Source: Gemmatimonadota bacterium (GTDB taxonomy: Bacteria > Gemmatimonadota > Gemmatimonadetes > Longimicrobiales > Gaopeijiaceae). From it: 51,023 nt of DNA. The position numbers and the translations under genes are program-made. The stretch is taken from positions 1 through 51,023 of the forward strand of contig JBDHHQ010000024.1 of NCBI GenBank assembly GCA_039589315.1, written 5' to 3'. The notes under the pieces were generated by a model. It had not been told where the DNA came from. It searched no databases and saw nothing but the letters and a program-made list of their open reading frames with translations. Below are positions 18,160 through 27,845 of this stretch, piece after piece; positions within the stretch are counted from its first letter, which is position 1; each line of letters begins with the position of its first letter.

Positions 18160-18237
18160 CTGCCGAAGGGGAGCCCATCTGGCCTCCCGCGGCCTCCGAC
18201 CCGTGACTGCGTGCCTTGCCTCACACCCATGCCAGCC

Positions 18238-19047
18238 ATGCTGATCGACAGCCACTGCCACTTGACCGACGGTCGTTTCGACGCCGATCGGCAAGACGTG
18301 TTGGCCGCCGCCGCGACAGCCGGTGTCACGGGCGTGGTGACCATCGCTTCCGACGCAGCCGACGCCTCGGCGGTGGTGGAGTTGGTGCGCGCTCATGGGC
18401 CGGGCGCCGACGGCCTTCGGCTTTGGGGCACGGCAGGGATCCATCCGCACGAGGCGGCGGCCGCCGCCACGGGCGATTTGGACAAGGTGCGTGTGCTGGC
18501 GACTTCCGAGGCCGGCATCGTCGCGATCGGCGAGACCGGTCTGGACTTCCACTACGACCACTCGCCACGGGAGGTGCAGCTACGGCTCTTCGAGGCGCAG
18601 CTCGAGCTGGCTGTGGAACTGGCCCTTCCGGCCGTTGTCCACTCGCGCAGCGCTGACCGGGAGACGGTGGCGGTCCTGAAGAACCTGCCTGCCGGCGCCA
18701 GCGGCGTGCTCCACTGCTTCACCGGCGGGCGTGAGCTGCTGGAGGCGGGTCTGGATGCCGGTTGGTACGTCTCGTTCTCCGGAATCGCGTCGTTCAGGAA
18801 GTTCGATGCCGCCGATCTGCTCCGTCAGGTGCCGGACGACCGGCTGCTCGTGGAGACAGACGCTCCGTACCTGGCGCCGGTGCCGTTCCGGGGAAAGCGC
18901 AACGAGCCGGCCATGGTGGCCCACGTCGTCCAGGCGGTGGCGGAGCACCGGTCCCGGAGTCCCGCCGCAGTGGCGACGAGCACTGCCGAAAACGCCCTTC
19001 GCTTCTATGGCCTCGAAGCGGCCACGCCGGGAAGGGTGGGCGCCTGA
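18238..19047 (+). CDS. tatD: TatD family hydrolase/DNase
   Basis: IDSHCHL, GIHPH, AIGETGLD, HSR, LHCF, LVETDAPYL. Confidence 0.93.
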   Translation: MLIDSHCHLTDGRFDADRQDVLAAAATAGVTGVVTIASDAADASAVVELVRAHGPGADGLRLWGTAGIHPHEAAAAATGDLDKVRVLATSEAGIVAIGETGLDFHYDHSPREVQLRLFEAQLELAVELALPAVVHSRSADRETVAVLKNLPAGASGVLHCFTGGRELLEAGLDAGWYVSFSGIASFRKFDAADLLRQVPDDRLLVETDAPYLAPVPFRGKRNEPAMVAHVVQAVAEHRSRSPAAVATSTAENALRFYGLEAATPGRVGA

Positions 19048-20780
19048 TGCGTCGCATTCGCGTGCTGCCGGATCACGTGGCCAACCAGATCGCCGCGGGC
19101 GAGGTCGTGGAGCGGCCCGCCTCCGTGGTCAAGGAGTTGGTCGAGAACTCGCTGGACGCCAGGGCGGGGCGCGTCGACGTAGCCGTCGAAGCCGGCGGAA
19201 AACGTCGCATCCGGGTCTCCGATGACGGGGTCGGCATGGGGCGGGAGGACGCGCTGCTCGCGCTGGACCGACATGCCACGAGCAAGATCGAGACGGCGGC
19301 CGATCTGGCGGGGGTGCGGACGCTGGGGTTTCGCGGTGAGGCGCTTCCGTCCATCGCCGCCGTGTCCAGGATGTCCCTGGAGACCCGGGAAGCCAACGAC
19401 CAGGTAGGAACGGCGGTGCGAATCACCGGCGGCACGATCACCAAGGTGGAGGACGTGGCGCGGCAACCGGGGACCACCGTGGACGTTGCGGGGCTCTTCT
19501 TCAACGCCCCGGCCCGGGCCAAGTTCCTGAAATCCGCCCGGGTCGAGACCAGGGCCGTGAGCGACGTGGTAACGACGCTTGCATTGGCCCACCCGGTAGT
19601 GGCGTTCACGCTGGCGTCGGACAGCCGGACCCTGTTGGATCTGCCGGCGGCGCGGGATCTCCCCGCCCGGATCATGCAGCTGTGGGGCCTGGAGGCGGCC
19701 TCGACGCTGCTCCCGGTGTCCGGCTCGGGTCATGGTCTGGAGGTGCGGGGACTCGTACAGCGACCCGATGCCGCCCAGCCCGGAATGCGTCGGGCCCACC
19801 TGTTCATGGAAGGCCGACCCTTCCGGGACCGCGCGCTCCTGAAGGCCGCTGACCGGGGATACCGCACGACGATTCCCGCCGGCCACCGCCCATGGCTGTT
19901 CCTCTACCTCCGAGCACCGGCGGGCTCGGTAGACGTGAACGTCCACCCCGCCAAGGCCGAGGTGCGGTTTCGGCACGCTGCCGAGGTGGAGGGTCTGGTC
20001 GAGGGGGCGGTGCGCCAGGCTCTGGACCGTGAAGAGAGCTCGGCCACGTTCGACACCCAGCTCGCTCCGCCGTCCAGTGTCGTCCGAGAGCCGTCACCAG
20101 GTAGCCACACGGACGAGGCACCCGGCGAAGGCCAGATGGCCCTGTTCCTCGCGGGTGTCGACGAGGAGGCGCCCGTCGCCGACATGACTCCGGAGCTGGG
20201 CGCCTCGGAGCAGCCACGCCTCTGGCAGATCCACAATACGTATATCCTGGCCGAGACCCGGAACGGTTTGCTGATCATCGACCAGCACTCTGCTCACGAG
20301 CGCGTCCTCTTCCAGCGCCTGATGGATGCCTTCGCGCTGGGGGGACAGACGGGCCAGAGGCTGCTCTTCCCCATCACGCTCCGATTGGGACAGGCCGAGT
20401 ACGGCCAGGTGGAGACCCTGGCCGGGCTCTTCTCCCGTGCCGGCTTCGAGGTGGAGGGTTTCGGCGGAGATACGATCATCGTTCAGGCGGTCCCCAATCC
20501 ACATCCGTACTTCGACGCCGAACGGTGTCTCCGGGAGATGGTGGAGGAGCTCACCCACGGGTCGGAGCTGGTGCGTTCGGCCGGGAACCAGCACGAGCGC
20601 ATCGCCATGACGTTCGCGTGCAAAGGCGCGATCAAGGCGGGTCAGAAGCTGGCCCTCGAGGAGATGCAGGAGCTGTTCGACTCGCTGTTCGCCACGGAGC
20701 TGCCGTATCACGACGTGCATGGCCGGCCCACCATAGTGCGCCTCACGAAGGCCGAGCTGGAACGTAAGTTCGGGCGGTAG
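19047..20780 (+). CDS. mutL: DNA mismatch repair endonuclease MutL
   Basis: IAAGEVVERPASVVKELVENSLDA, GFRGEAL, VDVNVHPAK, DQHSAHER, ACK, HGRP; TGATG coupling to tatD. Confidence 0.97.
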   Translation: MRRIRVLPDHVANQIAAGEVVERPASVVKELVENSLDARAGRVDVAVEAGGKRRIRVSDDGVGMGREDALLALDRHATSKIETAADLAGVRTLGFRGEALPSIAAVSRMSLETREANDQVGTAVRITGGTITKVEDVARQPGTTVDVAGLFFNAPARAKFLKSARVETRAVSDVVTTLALAHPVVAFTLASDSRTLLDLPAARDLPARIMQLWGLEAASTLLPVSGSGHGLEVRGLVQRPDAAQPGMRRAHLFMEGRPFRDRALLKAADRGYRTTIPAGHRPWLFLYLRAPAGSVDVNVHPAKAEVRFRHAAEVEGLVEGAVRQALDREESSATFDTQLAPPSSVVREPSPGSHTDEAPGEGQMALFLAGVDEEAPVADMTPELGASEQPRLWQIHNTYILAETRNGLLIIDQHSAHERVLFQRLMDAFALGGQTGQRLLFPITLRLGQAEYGQVETLAGLFSRAGFEVEGFGGDTIIVQAVPNPHPYFDAERCLREMVEELTHGSELVRSAGNQHERIAMTFACKGAIKAGQKLALEEMQELFDSLFATELPYHDVHGRPTIVRLTKAELERKFGR

Positions 20781-20814
20781 TCACGCTCGACCCAGCCACC
20801 GAACTCGATCTCGC

Positions 20815-21795
20815 GTGTCACCGCGTCCCTGCTTCCTCGCTCTGGTCGGCCCGACCGCTTCGGGCAAGACGGCCCTGGGCCTCGCCGTGGCCGAGGCACT
20901 CTCCGGCGAGATCGTCTCGATGGACTCGCGCCAGGTATACCGGGGCATGGACCTGGGCACGGACAAGGTCGCGCTGGCGGACCGGGCGCGGATACCGCAC
21001 CACGGACTCGACCTGCTGGATCCGGACCAGCGGTACAGCGCGGGCCAGTTCGCCCGAGACGCTCGGGGGTGGATTCGGGATATCCGGGCCCGGGGCCACG
21101 TCCCGGTCCTGGTAGGGGGGACGGGGTTCTTCCTCCGGGCCCTGACGGAGCCGATCTTCGCGGAGCCCGCCCTCGAGGCGGCGCGTCTGGATCAGCTCCG
21201 GACCTTTCTGGCGGCTCAACCGCGGGAGCGACTCGAATCGTGGGTCCAGCGTCTGGACCCCGAGCGCTCGGAGCTCGCGGCGGCCGGCGGCCCCCACCGC
21301 CTCGGGCGCTCTCTGGAAGTGGCGTTGCTGACCGGCCGGCCTCTATCCTGGTGGCATCGCCATGCGGGGGCTGAAGCCCCCGGGCTGCCGGGAGTCGTCG
21401 TCGCACTCGCGGTACCCCGCGAGGAGCTCGACCGCCGCAGTGACGCCCGTATCGAGCGGATGGTGCAGCGGGGCCTGCTCGACGAGGTTGGCACGCTCGT
21501 CGACGCGGGGTACGGCCCCAGGGATCCTGGGATGACGGGTACGGGGTATCGGGAGATCGCGGCTCACCTGGCAGGGGAGATGGACCTGACGGCCGCTTTG
21601 GAGGCCATGCGCCTGCGGACCCGTCAGTACGCACGGCGCCAGCTCACGTGGTTCCGCCATCAGCTGCCGCCCGACGCCGTCACCCTGGATGCGTTGTTGC
21701 CCTTCGATGCCCAGGTGGACCGGGTGCTGACGATCTGGCGAGAGCGCGGGTCGGAGAGGGGACAGGAGAGGACCACAACGGAAGGGCTTCCATGA
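20815..21795 (+). CDS. miaA: tRNA dimethylallyltransferase
   Basis: GPTASGKT, DSRQVYRGMDLGT, VGGTGF, TRQYARRQLTWF. Confidence 0.96.
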   Translation: MSPRPCFLALVGPTASGKTALGLAVAEALSGEIVSMDSRQVYRGMDLGTDKVALADRARIPHHGLDLLDPDQRYSAGQFARDARGWIRDIRARGHVPVLVGGTGFFLRALTEPIFAEPALEAARLDQLRTFLAAQPRERLESWVQRLDPERSELAAAGGPHRLGRSLEVALLTGRPLSWWHRHAGAEAPGLPGVVVALAVPREELDRRSDARIERMVQRGLLDEVGTLVDAGYGPRDPGMTGTGYREIAAHLAGEMDLTAALEAMRLRTRQYARRQLTWFRHQLPPDAVTLDALLPFDAQVDRVLTIWRERGSERGQERTTTEGLP

Positions 21796-22928
21796 AGATC
21801 GGTATAACGCTCTATCCCACGTACGGCGGCTCAGGCGCGGTCGCCACCGAGCTCGGCCTCGATCTCGCCAGGCGGGGGCACGAGGTGCACTTCGTGTCCT
21901 ACGCCCAGCCCTTCCGTCTCAGTGGGTTTCAGGAGCGGGTGTTCTTCCACGAGGTCGAGATGGAGGAGTACCCCCTCTTCGAGCACCCGCCGTACTCGCT
22001 GGCCCTGGCCGTCGCGATCCACGATACGGCCCTCAAGCGGGGCCTGGACATCATGCATGTGCACTACGCGATCCCCCATGCCACTTCGGCGTGGATCGCC
22101 GCGGCCATGCTCGAGGGCGAAGGACGACTCCCGGTCGTCACCACGCTCCACGGCACGGATATCACGCTGGTGGGCCAGCACCCCTCGTTCAAGGCCATCA
22201 CGCGGTTCTCGATCCTTCGCTCCCAGGGCCTGACCGCGGTTTCGGGCTTCCTCAAGGACGAGACGGTAGAGGCCTTCAAGGTTCCCGAGGAACGCATCCA
22301 CGTGATCCCGAACTTCATCGACACGCAGGTCTACCGCCGGGACAAGGAGCCGTGTCATCGCGATTCGCTTTCGGAGCCCGGCGAGAAGATCGTCATGCAC
22401 GTGTCCAACTTCCGCCCGGTCAAGCGGGTGGAAGACGTGGTGGAGGTGTTCGCCCGGGTCGCCGCGGAGATGCCGGCCCGCTTGGTCATGGTGGGCGACG
22501 GTCCGGAGCGCCCTCGAGCTCGCGTCCGGGCCGAGGAGCTGGGGGTGGGCGACCGCGTCGTCTTTCTGGGGAAGCACGCCTCGGTGGACGAGCTCCTGGC
22601 GTGCGCGGACCTGTTCGTCCTGCCGTCGGCGACCGAATCCTTCGGGCTGGCTGCGCTGGAGGCCATGGCGTGCGGAGCGCCGGTCGTGGCCAGCCGGGTG
22701 GGCGGCATCCCCGAAGTCGTCCCGGACGGGGAAGCCGGATTCCTTTGCGAGACCGGTGACGTGGAGGGCATGGGCGAGGCCGCGGTGTGGCTTCTCTCCG
22801 ATCGGGAGCGGTGGCAACGAGCCAGCGACGCCGCTCGGGCAGTGGCCGTGGAACGCTTCTCGTCCGATCTGGTGGTGCCCCAGTACGAGCAGTACTACCG
22901 ACAGGTGATCGAGCGGGGCCAGACGTGA
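21792..22928 (+). CDS. bshA: N-acetyl-alpha-D-glucosaminyl L-malate synthase (bacillithiol biosynthesis)
   Basis: MKIGITLYPTYGGSGAVATELG, HVHYAIPHA, TTLHGTDITLVG, SNFRPVKR, ESFGLAALEAM. Confidence 0.92.
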   Translation: MKIGITLYPTYGGSGAVATELGLDLARRGHEVHFVSYAQPFRLSGFQERVFFHEVEMEEYPLFEHPPYSLALAVAIHDTALKRGLDIMHVHYAIPHATSAWIAAAMLEGEGRLPVVTTLHGTDITLVGQHPSFKAITRFSILRSQGLTAVSGFLKDETVEAFKVPEERIHVIPNFIDTQVYRRDKEPCHRDSLSEPGEKIVMHVSNFRPVKRVEDVVEVFARVAAEMPARLVMVGDGPERPRARVRAEELGVGDRVVFLGKHASVDELLACADLFVLPSATESFGLAALEAMACGAPVVASRVGGIPEVVPDGEAGFLCETGDVEGMGEAAVWLLSDRERWQRASDAARAVAVERFSSDLVVPQYEQYYRQVIERGQT

Positions 22929-23707
22929 CGCTCTGGGAGGCCCTGGTCCTGGGGGTGATCCAGGGCGCCACCGAGTTCCTACCGGTTTCGAGCTCGGGGC
23001 ACCTGGTCATGGGACAGGCGGTGCTTGGCCTTTCCGTTCCGGGCGTGTTCTTCGAGGTGGCGGTTCACCTGGCCACGCTGGTCTCGGTGCTCGTGGTCTA
23101 CCGCGAGCGGGTCGCTCGACTCGTCGTGGGTGCCATCCGACGGGAGGGCGAGGCCTGGCGGTACATCGGGCTCTTGCTCCTGGCTACCCTGCCAGCGGCC
23201 GTCATCGGGGTGGGTCTGGGCGACCAGGTCGAGGCCCTGTTCGAGGCGCCCGCAGTGGCAGGGGTGGCCTTGCTGGTGACGGGAGGCATCCTCTGGTCCG
23301 CACGCACCGCGCTCGCACGCGGGCCGGACGCTCATCCCGGGGTCCGCACGGCGGTCCTCATGGGTCTGGCCCAGGCCTTCGCTCTGGTTCCTGGCATCTC
23401 CCGGTCGGGCACCACGGTGGTGATGGGCGTGTGGCTGGGGGTAGAGGCGCGAGAGACGGCGGCGTTCTCCTTTCTCATGGCCATTCCGGCCATCGCGGGC
23501 GCCGCGGTCCTGAAGGCTCCAGAGATGGCGGGTGGGGCCGGGGTATCCGCCGGAGCCCTCTGGATGGCCGCGGTAGCCGCGGGCGTGACGGGGGTGCTGG
23601 CCATCCGCTCGTTCGTCGTCCTTCTGCAGCGTCAGGCCTTCCATCGCTTCGGATTCTATTGCTGGGCGGTGGGGCTCGCGTTCCTCCTCTACCTGTATGT
23701 CCGATGA
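22925..23707 (+). CDS. uppP: Undecaprenyl-diphosphatase (BacA)
   Basis: QGATEFLPVSSSGHL, PGISRSG, FSFLM. Confidence 0.95.
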   Translation: MTLWEALVLGVIQGATEFLPVSSSGHLVMGQAVLGLSVPGVFFEVAVHLATLVSVLVVYRERVARLVVGAIRREGEAWRYIGLLLLATLPAAVIGVGLGDQVEALFEAPAVAGVALLVTGGILWSARTALARGPDAHPGVRTAVLMGLAQAFALVPGISRSGTTVVMGVWLGVEARETAAFSFLMAIPAIAGAAVLKAPEMAGGAGVSAGALWMAAVAAGVTGVLAIRSFVVLLQRQAFHRFGFYCWAVGLAFLLYLYVR

Positions 23708-23732
23708 CCGAGCTGTATGTCCGATGATCGAG
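23693..23732 (+). repeat. 20-bp tandem duplication of the uppP/nadC junction
   Basis: CTGTATGTCCGATGACCGAG then CTGTATGTCCGATGATCGAG (1 mismatch). Confidence 0.9.
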
Positions 23733-24611
23733 CAGCGCAGAGCCGGCCGAGCCGATGACAGGACAGGCGTAGACGATCACGTCGACCTGATCGTCGCCGA
23801 CGCATTGGAGGAGGACATCGGACCGGGCGATTGGACGACAGAGTGGACCGTCGACCCAGACGCCCGTGGCAGCGCCCTCATCGTGGCCAAGGCGCCGCTG
23901 GTCCTGGCCGGCACGGCTGCGGCCCGCCGGGTCTTCGCCCGACTGGACCGCCGGGTCCGCGTGGACGTGACGAGCGCTGACGGCAGCCGACTGCAACCGG
24001 AGGACGTGGCGCTCCGCCTGGAGGGCCCCACCCGCGCCCTGCTGACCGGGGAGCGCGTGGCGCTGAACTTCCTGGGGCGCCTCTCGGGCGTGGCGACGCT
24101 GACACGCCGGTTCGTCGACGCCGTGTCGAGGACCGGCGCCCGCATCATCGACACCCGCAAGACCACGCCTGGGTGGAGGGCCCTGGAGAAACAAGCGGTG
24201 CTGGCGGGCGGTGGGGCCAACCACCGGATGGGCCTCTACGACATGATCATGGTCAAGGACAACCACGTCGTGGCCGCCGGCGGCATCACGGCCGCAGTGG
24301 AGCGGGTCCGGGCCCGGAACGCGGCGGGATTGCCAGTGGAGGTCGAGGTCAGCACGCTGGAGGGGTTGGCGGAGCTGCTGCCTCTGGACGTGGACCGGAT
24401 CCTGCTGGACAACATGACGCCGGCCGAGCTCCGCGTCGCGGTCGACCGGGCTCGGGCCCACCCGGGACGGCGGCCCGAGCTCGAGGCATCGGGAAACGTC
24501 AGCCTGGAGACCGTTCGGGCCGTGGCCGAGTCGGGCGTGGATCTGATCAGCGTGGGCGCCCTGACCCACTCGGCCCCTACGGCCGACCTGTCGATGCGAG
24601 TGGACCGATGA
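23724..24611 (+). CDS. nadC: Nicotinate-nucleotide diphosphorylase (carboxylating)
   Basis: ALEEDIG.GD.TT, ERVALN, DTRKTTPG, NHRMGLYD, KDNH, LLDN, EASG. Confidence 0.96.
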   Translation: MIEQRRAGRADDRTGVDDHVDLIVADALEEDIGPGDWTTEWTVDPDARGSALIVAKAPLVLAGTAAARRVFARLDRRVRVDVTSADGSRLQPEDVALRLEGPTRALLTGERVALNFLGRLSGVATLTRRFVDAVSRTGARIIDTRKTTPGWRALEKQAVLAGGGANHRMGLYDMIMVKDNHVVAAGGITAAVERVRARNAAGLPVEVEVSTLEGLAELLPLDVDRILLDNMTPAELRVAVDRARAHPGRRPELEASGNVSLETVRAVAESGVDLISVGALTHSAPTADLSMRVDR

Positions 24612-25486
24612 CGGACCCGGACGTACACGACGAGGTCGCCCGCCACCCATCGTCCTCGCTCCTGACGCACTGGGAGGGAGAGCCGGTCCAGGTCTGGGCC
24701 CGCCTCTGGGGCATCCCTCTGCTCGAGGCCCACGACCGACTCACCAGCACCAACGATCGGGCTCGGAGCTTGCTGCTCGGCGGCGCCGAGCGGTTCACCA
24801 CGGTGATCGCCGAAGAGCAGACGGCGGGCCGTGGCCGCTCCGGCCGGCGGTGGGACTCACCACCGGGTCGGGGCCTGTGGATGTCCACCCTGGTGTCGGG
24901 GGCCGGGCACCGGGCTTCTGCGCTGACTCCGATCCTGGTAGGGATCGCGTTGATTCGCTCCATCCGCGCCGTGGTGCCCGGGGCCGAGCCGGGCCTCAAG
25001 TGGCCCAACGACGTATACCTCGGAGCGCGTAAGGTGGGTGGAGTACTGTGTGAGTCCGTAGGGGATTTGGGGGATGGCAGGCATGTGATCGCCGGCGTTG
25101 GCGTGAACGTCCGCCAGACCCGGGACGACTTCCCCCTGGAGCTGCGCGAGACGGCAAATTCCCTCGAGATGGCGAGCGGGCATCCGGTCTCGCGGCGGCA
25201 CCTGGCAGGGCAGGTGATGGCTGAGCTGAAGGCGATCCTCTCTGACCCACCGCCGCAGATCACGGGGCCGTTGGCTGCGGAGATCGAGAGGGTGGACGTG
25301 CTCGCGGGGCAGGTGGTGACGGTATCCACCGGCATCGAAGGGGTGGCCGGTGGGTACGGGTCCGACGGGAGTCTGAAGGTCCGGGATCGAGCCGGGCGCG
25401 AGCACCGGATACGCACCGGCAGCGTCAGTGTGACTCGAGCCGAGCGTCCCTTCGGAACGCTGGAGACCGAGACAAACGGAGCGTGA
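24608..25486 (+). CDS. birA: Biotin--[acetyl-CoA carboxylase] ligase (no evident N-terminal HTH)
   Basis: STND, AEEQTAGRGRSGRRW, LKWPND, KVGGVLCE, GVGVN. Confidence 0.92.
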   Translation: MTDPDVHDEVARHPSSSLLTHWEGEPVQVWARLWGIPLLEAHDRLTSTNDRARSLLLGGAERFTTVIAEEQTAGRGRSGRRWDSPPGRGLWMSTLVSGAGHRASALTPILVGIALIRSIRAVVPGAEPGLKWPNDVYLGARKVGGVLCESVGDLGDGRHVIAGVGVNVRQTRDDFPLELRETANSLEMASGHPVSRRHLAGQVMAELKAILSDPPPQITGPLAAEIERVDVLAGQVVTVSTGIEGVAGGYGSDGSLKVRDRAGREHRIRTGSVSVTRAERPFGTLETETNGA

Positions 25487-25487
25487 G

Positions 25488-26273
25488 ATGAGATTGGTGG
25501 CCGACGTTGGCAACACCGAGACGGTTCTGGGCGTCGTGGGCTCCGAGCCCACGAGCCTGGAGGGGCACTGGCGGCTGAGCACGCTGACGCCCCGGACGCT
25601 CGACGAGTTCCGGCATCTGCTGCGGGGCCTGCTCGAGGCCGACGGGTTCGATCCCAGCGCAGTCGATCAGGTCGTCATCGCGTCGGTCGTACCCTCCACC
25701 ACCGGCGTGCTGGCCGACGCCCTGAGCGCACTCGTATCGGGACCGGTCCACGTCGTCGACGGTCAGACCGATCTCCCCATCCGGCTGGACGTGGAGGAGC
25801 CACGAACGGTCGGCGCAGACCGTATCGTCAACACGCTGGCGGCCAAGGTGCTGTACGGTCGAGACACGATCGCGGTGGACCTGGGCACGGCCACCACCTA
25901 CGACTGCATCACCGCGGACGGCGTGTTCGTGGGCGGCGTGATCTCTCCCGGCATCGAGTCCGGCCTGCAGTGGCTCGATCGCCATACGGCGAAGTTGCCC
26001 CGAGTCGAGCTGTTGCCCCCCGAGCGCGTGATCGGCAGGCACACGGAGACCTGCATCCAGAGCGGCATCTTCTTCTCGGCGATCGACGCGGTGGACGGCA
26101 CGGTGCGACGGATCAAAGCCGAGTGGGATCGTCCCGACGCGATGGTCGTGGCCACCGGGGGATTCGCGCCCGTGATCGGCCCTCACTGTGACAGCGTCGA
26201 GCTGGTCGAACCGTTCCTGACCCTCTACGGGTGTGCGCTGGCCGGCGGATACCTCGACGAGCAGAGGCTGTAG
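25488..26273 (+). CDS. coaX: Type III pantothenate kinase
   Basis: DVGNT, VGADRI, VDLGTATT, GGVISPG, ATGG. Confidence 0.95.
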   Translation: MRLVADVGNTETVLGVVGSEPTSLEGHWRLSTLTPRTLDEFRHLLRGLLEADGFDPSAVDQVVIASVVPSTTGVLADALSALVSGPVHVVDGQTDLPIRLDVEEPRTVGADRIVNTLAAKVLYGRDTIAVDLGTATTYDCITADGVFVGGVISPGIESGLQWLDRHTAKLPRVELLPPERVIGRHTETCIQSGIFFSAIDAVDGTVRRIKAEWDRPDAMVVATGGFAPVIGPHCDSVELVEPFLTLYGCALAGGYLDEQRL

Positions 26274-26275
26274 AG

Positions 26276-27238
26276 CTACCCGAGGCGCTTCGCGTAGCGT
26301 TGAATCCAGCGGTTCGACACGCCCAAGAGGGCCGTGTCCCGCGTAATCGCCCGGACCGCGTCGCGGGCGATCTTCACCTCGTGGGTGAAGACCTCCGGAT
26401 TCCGCCTGCTCTTCTCTACCGTGGCAACCGCGAAGAAGTACGGAAGCAAGCAGAAGACGCGAATGCCGTGGTGGCGGCGCTCGATTCCCGCGATGTAGCG
26501 CCGGGCCGCGTCCAGATGCCGGTCGGCCTTGTCGGTGAGGATAGAGAGTACCCGGAGCCCCGGCCCGGGTGCGGCCGGGTCGAAGAGGACCTCCGCTCCC
26601 GCGCCTGCCTGATCGAGGAAGGAACGGGGCACGAAGACCCAGCCGCGCTCGTGGTCCTCGTGGAGGCCTCGAATCACGTTCACGGTCTGAAGGCCCAGGC
26701 CGAACTCCCGGCCGAGGCTCATCATCTCGTCGTGGTTCCGACGGACCGCTCCGCTTCGGGCCGAGAAGAGCTCTGTGAGCAGGAAGCCGACCCGGCCGGC
26801 GACCTCGTGCATGTAGTCATCCAGATCGGCCTCGTCCGCGAAGTCGGGACCGCGCGCCACCCACCGCGCCATGCCCAACGTGGAGTCGCCGGCGTGGTGG
26901 ACGATCACTTCCCGCGCCCGCGGTGTCAGGTCGGCCAGGGCAGCGTGGACCTGGGCCACGTGGCGGGCCGCTTGGGCGTCCGGGAGGTCGTCGTCGGCGT
27001 TTTCCAGCTCGGCCTCGACGGATGACAGAGGAGCCTTCTCGTGCAGCACGGCGTGCCACCGCTCCAGCAACTCGGCCTTTCGCTCCGGTGCCATGGAGCG
27101 GTTGTCCTCGATGTAGTCCGAGATGCGAAGGACCAGATAGGCCAGCTTCACTTCTTCGCGGAGCGGCTGTGGCAGCCGCTCGATCCCTATGGCGAAGGTG
27201 CGGGACGTGGCGCGAAGGACCTGGTCGAGCGTTGGCAT
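26276..27238 (-). CDS. Squalene/phytoene synthase family protein (squalene-synthase-like)
   Basis: SRTFA flap, YLVLRISDYIED, DYMHEVAGRVG, FGLGLQTVNVIR; alternative start 27256. Confidence 0.85.
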   Translation of the reverse strand: MPTLDQVLRATSRTFAIGIERLPQPLREEVKLAYLVLRISDYIEDNRSMAPERKAELLERWHAVLHEKAPLSSVEAELENADDDLPDAQAARHVAQVHAALADLTPRAREVIVHHAGDSTLGMARWVARGPDFADEADLDDYMHEVAGRVGFLLTELFSARSGAVRRNHDEMMSLGREFGLGLQTVNVIRGLHEDHERGWVFVPRSFLDQAGAGAEVLFDPAAPGPGLRVLSILTDKADRHLDAARRYIAGIERRHHGIRVFCLLPYFFAVATVEKSRRNPEVFTHEVKIARDAVRAITRDTALLGVSNRWIQRYAKRLG

Positions 27239-27397
27239 GCGGACCCCTACCCGCATCTCCGGCGAAGGCTCCAAGGGGTGCGACCGAGCCCCAAAACGAG
27301 TGATCGAGTTACCCTCCGGTCGGCCCTGAAGACGGCCCCCAGCCGCCCGGGCTTCGGCGCCGCAGCTTCGGCGGCCGTCCTCCGAGGTCCGCACCCG

Positions 27398-27425
27398 TTG
27401 ACACTGCCGGTGACCTCGGTAGATT
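27398..27425 (+). promoter_or_regulatory. Sigma70-type promoter of groESL
   Basis: TTGACA-N16-TAGATT just upstream of the CIRCE. Confidence 0.65.
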
Positions 27426-27439
27426 CCTTATCGGAGTTG

Positions 27440-27466
27440 TTAGCACTCACTGCCAACGAGTGCTAA
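27440..27466 (+). promoter_or_regulatory. CIRCE element (HrcA operator)
   Basis: Perfect TTAGCACTC-N9-GAGTGCTAA upstream of groES. Confidence 0.97.
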
Positions 27467-27514
27467 CAAGAACCTGAGGAAGAATCCCAATTCAACCGGT
27501 TCGGAGGCGTGGAT

Positions 27515-27841
27515 ATGGCTACCACTTCTGCCACGAAGATCCAACCACTCGCCGACAGGGTCGTGATCAAGGCCCTGGAGGAGTCTGAGGAGATGAGGGG
27601 CGGTCTGTACATCCCGGATACCGCGAAGGAGAAGCCCCAGCAGGGCGAGATCATCGCGGTGGGTCCGGGCAGGGTGTCTGACGAGGGTAAGCGCCTGGAG
27701 ATGGATGTCTCCGTAGGCAACCGTGTGCTGTACGGCAAGTACAGCGGCACCGAGGTCACGGTCGACGGCGAACAGTACCTGATCCTCCGCGAGTCGGACG
27801 TTCTCGCGATCATCAACGACATAGGTCCGCAAGGAGCGTAG
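27515..27841 (+). CDS. groES: Co-chaperonin GroES
   Basis: [42 protein letters not shown] at 27503-27507. Confidence 0.98.
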   Translation: MATTSATKIQPLADRVVIKALEESEEMRGGLYIPDTAKEKPQQGEIIAVGPGRVSDEGKRLEMDVSVGNRVLYGKYSGTEVTVDGEQYLILRESDVLAIINDIGPQGA

Positions 27842-27845
27842 CCAA

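Noticed and set aside
27275..27396. CTGAAGA plus stems with UUCG loops, resembling a hammerhead ribozyme
   Set aside because: No GAAA after stem II and no stem III or cleavage triplet; GC-rich hairpins are expected by chance.
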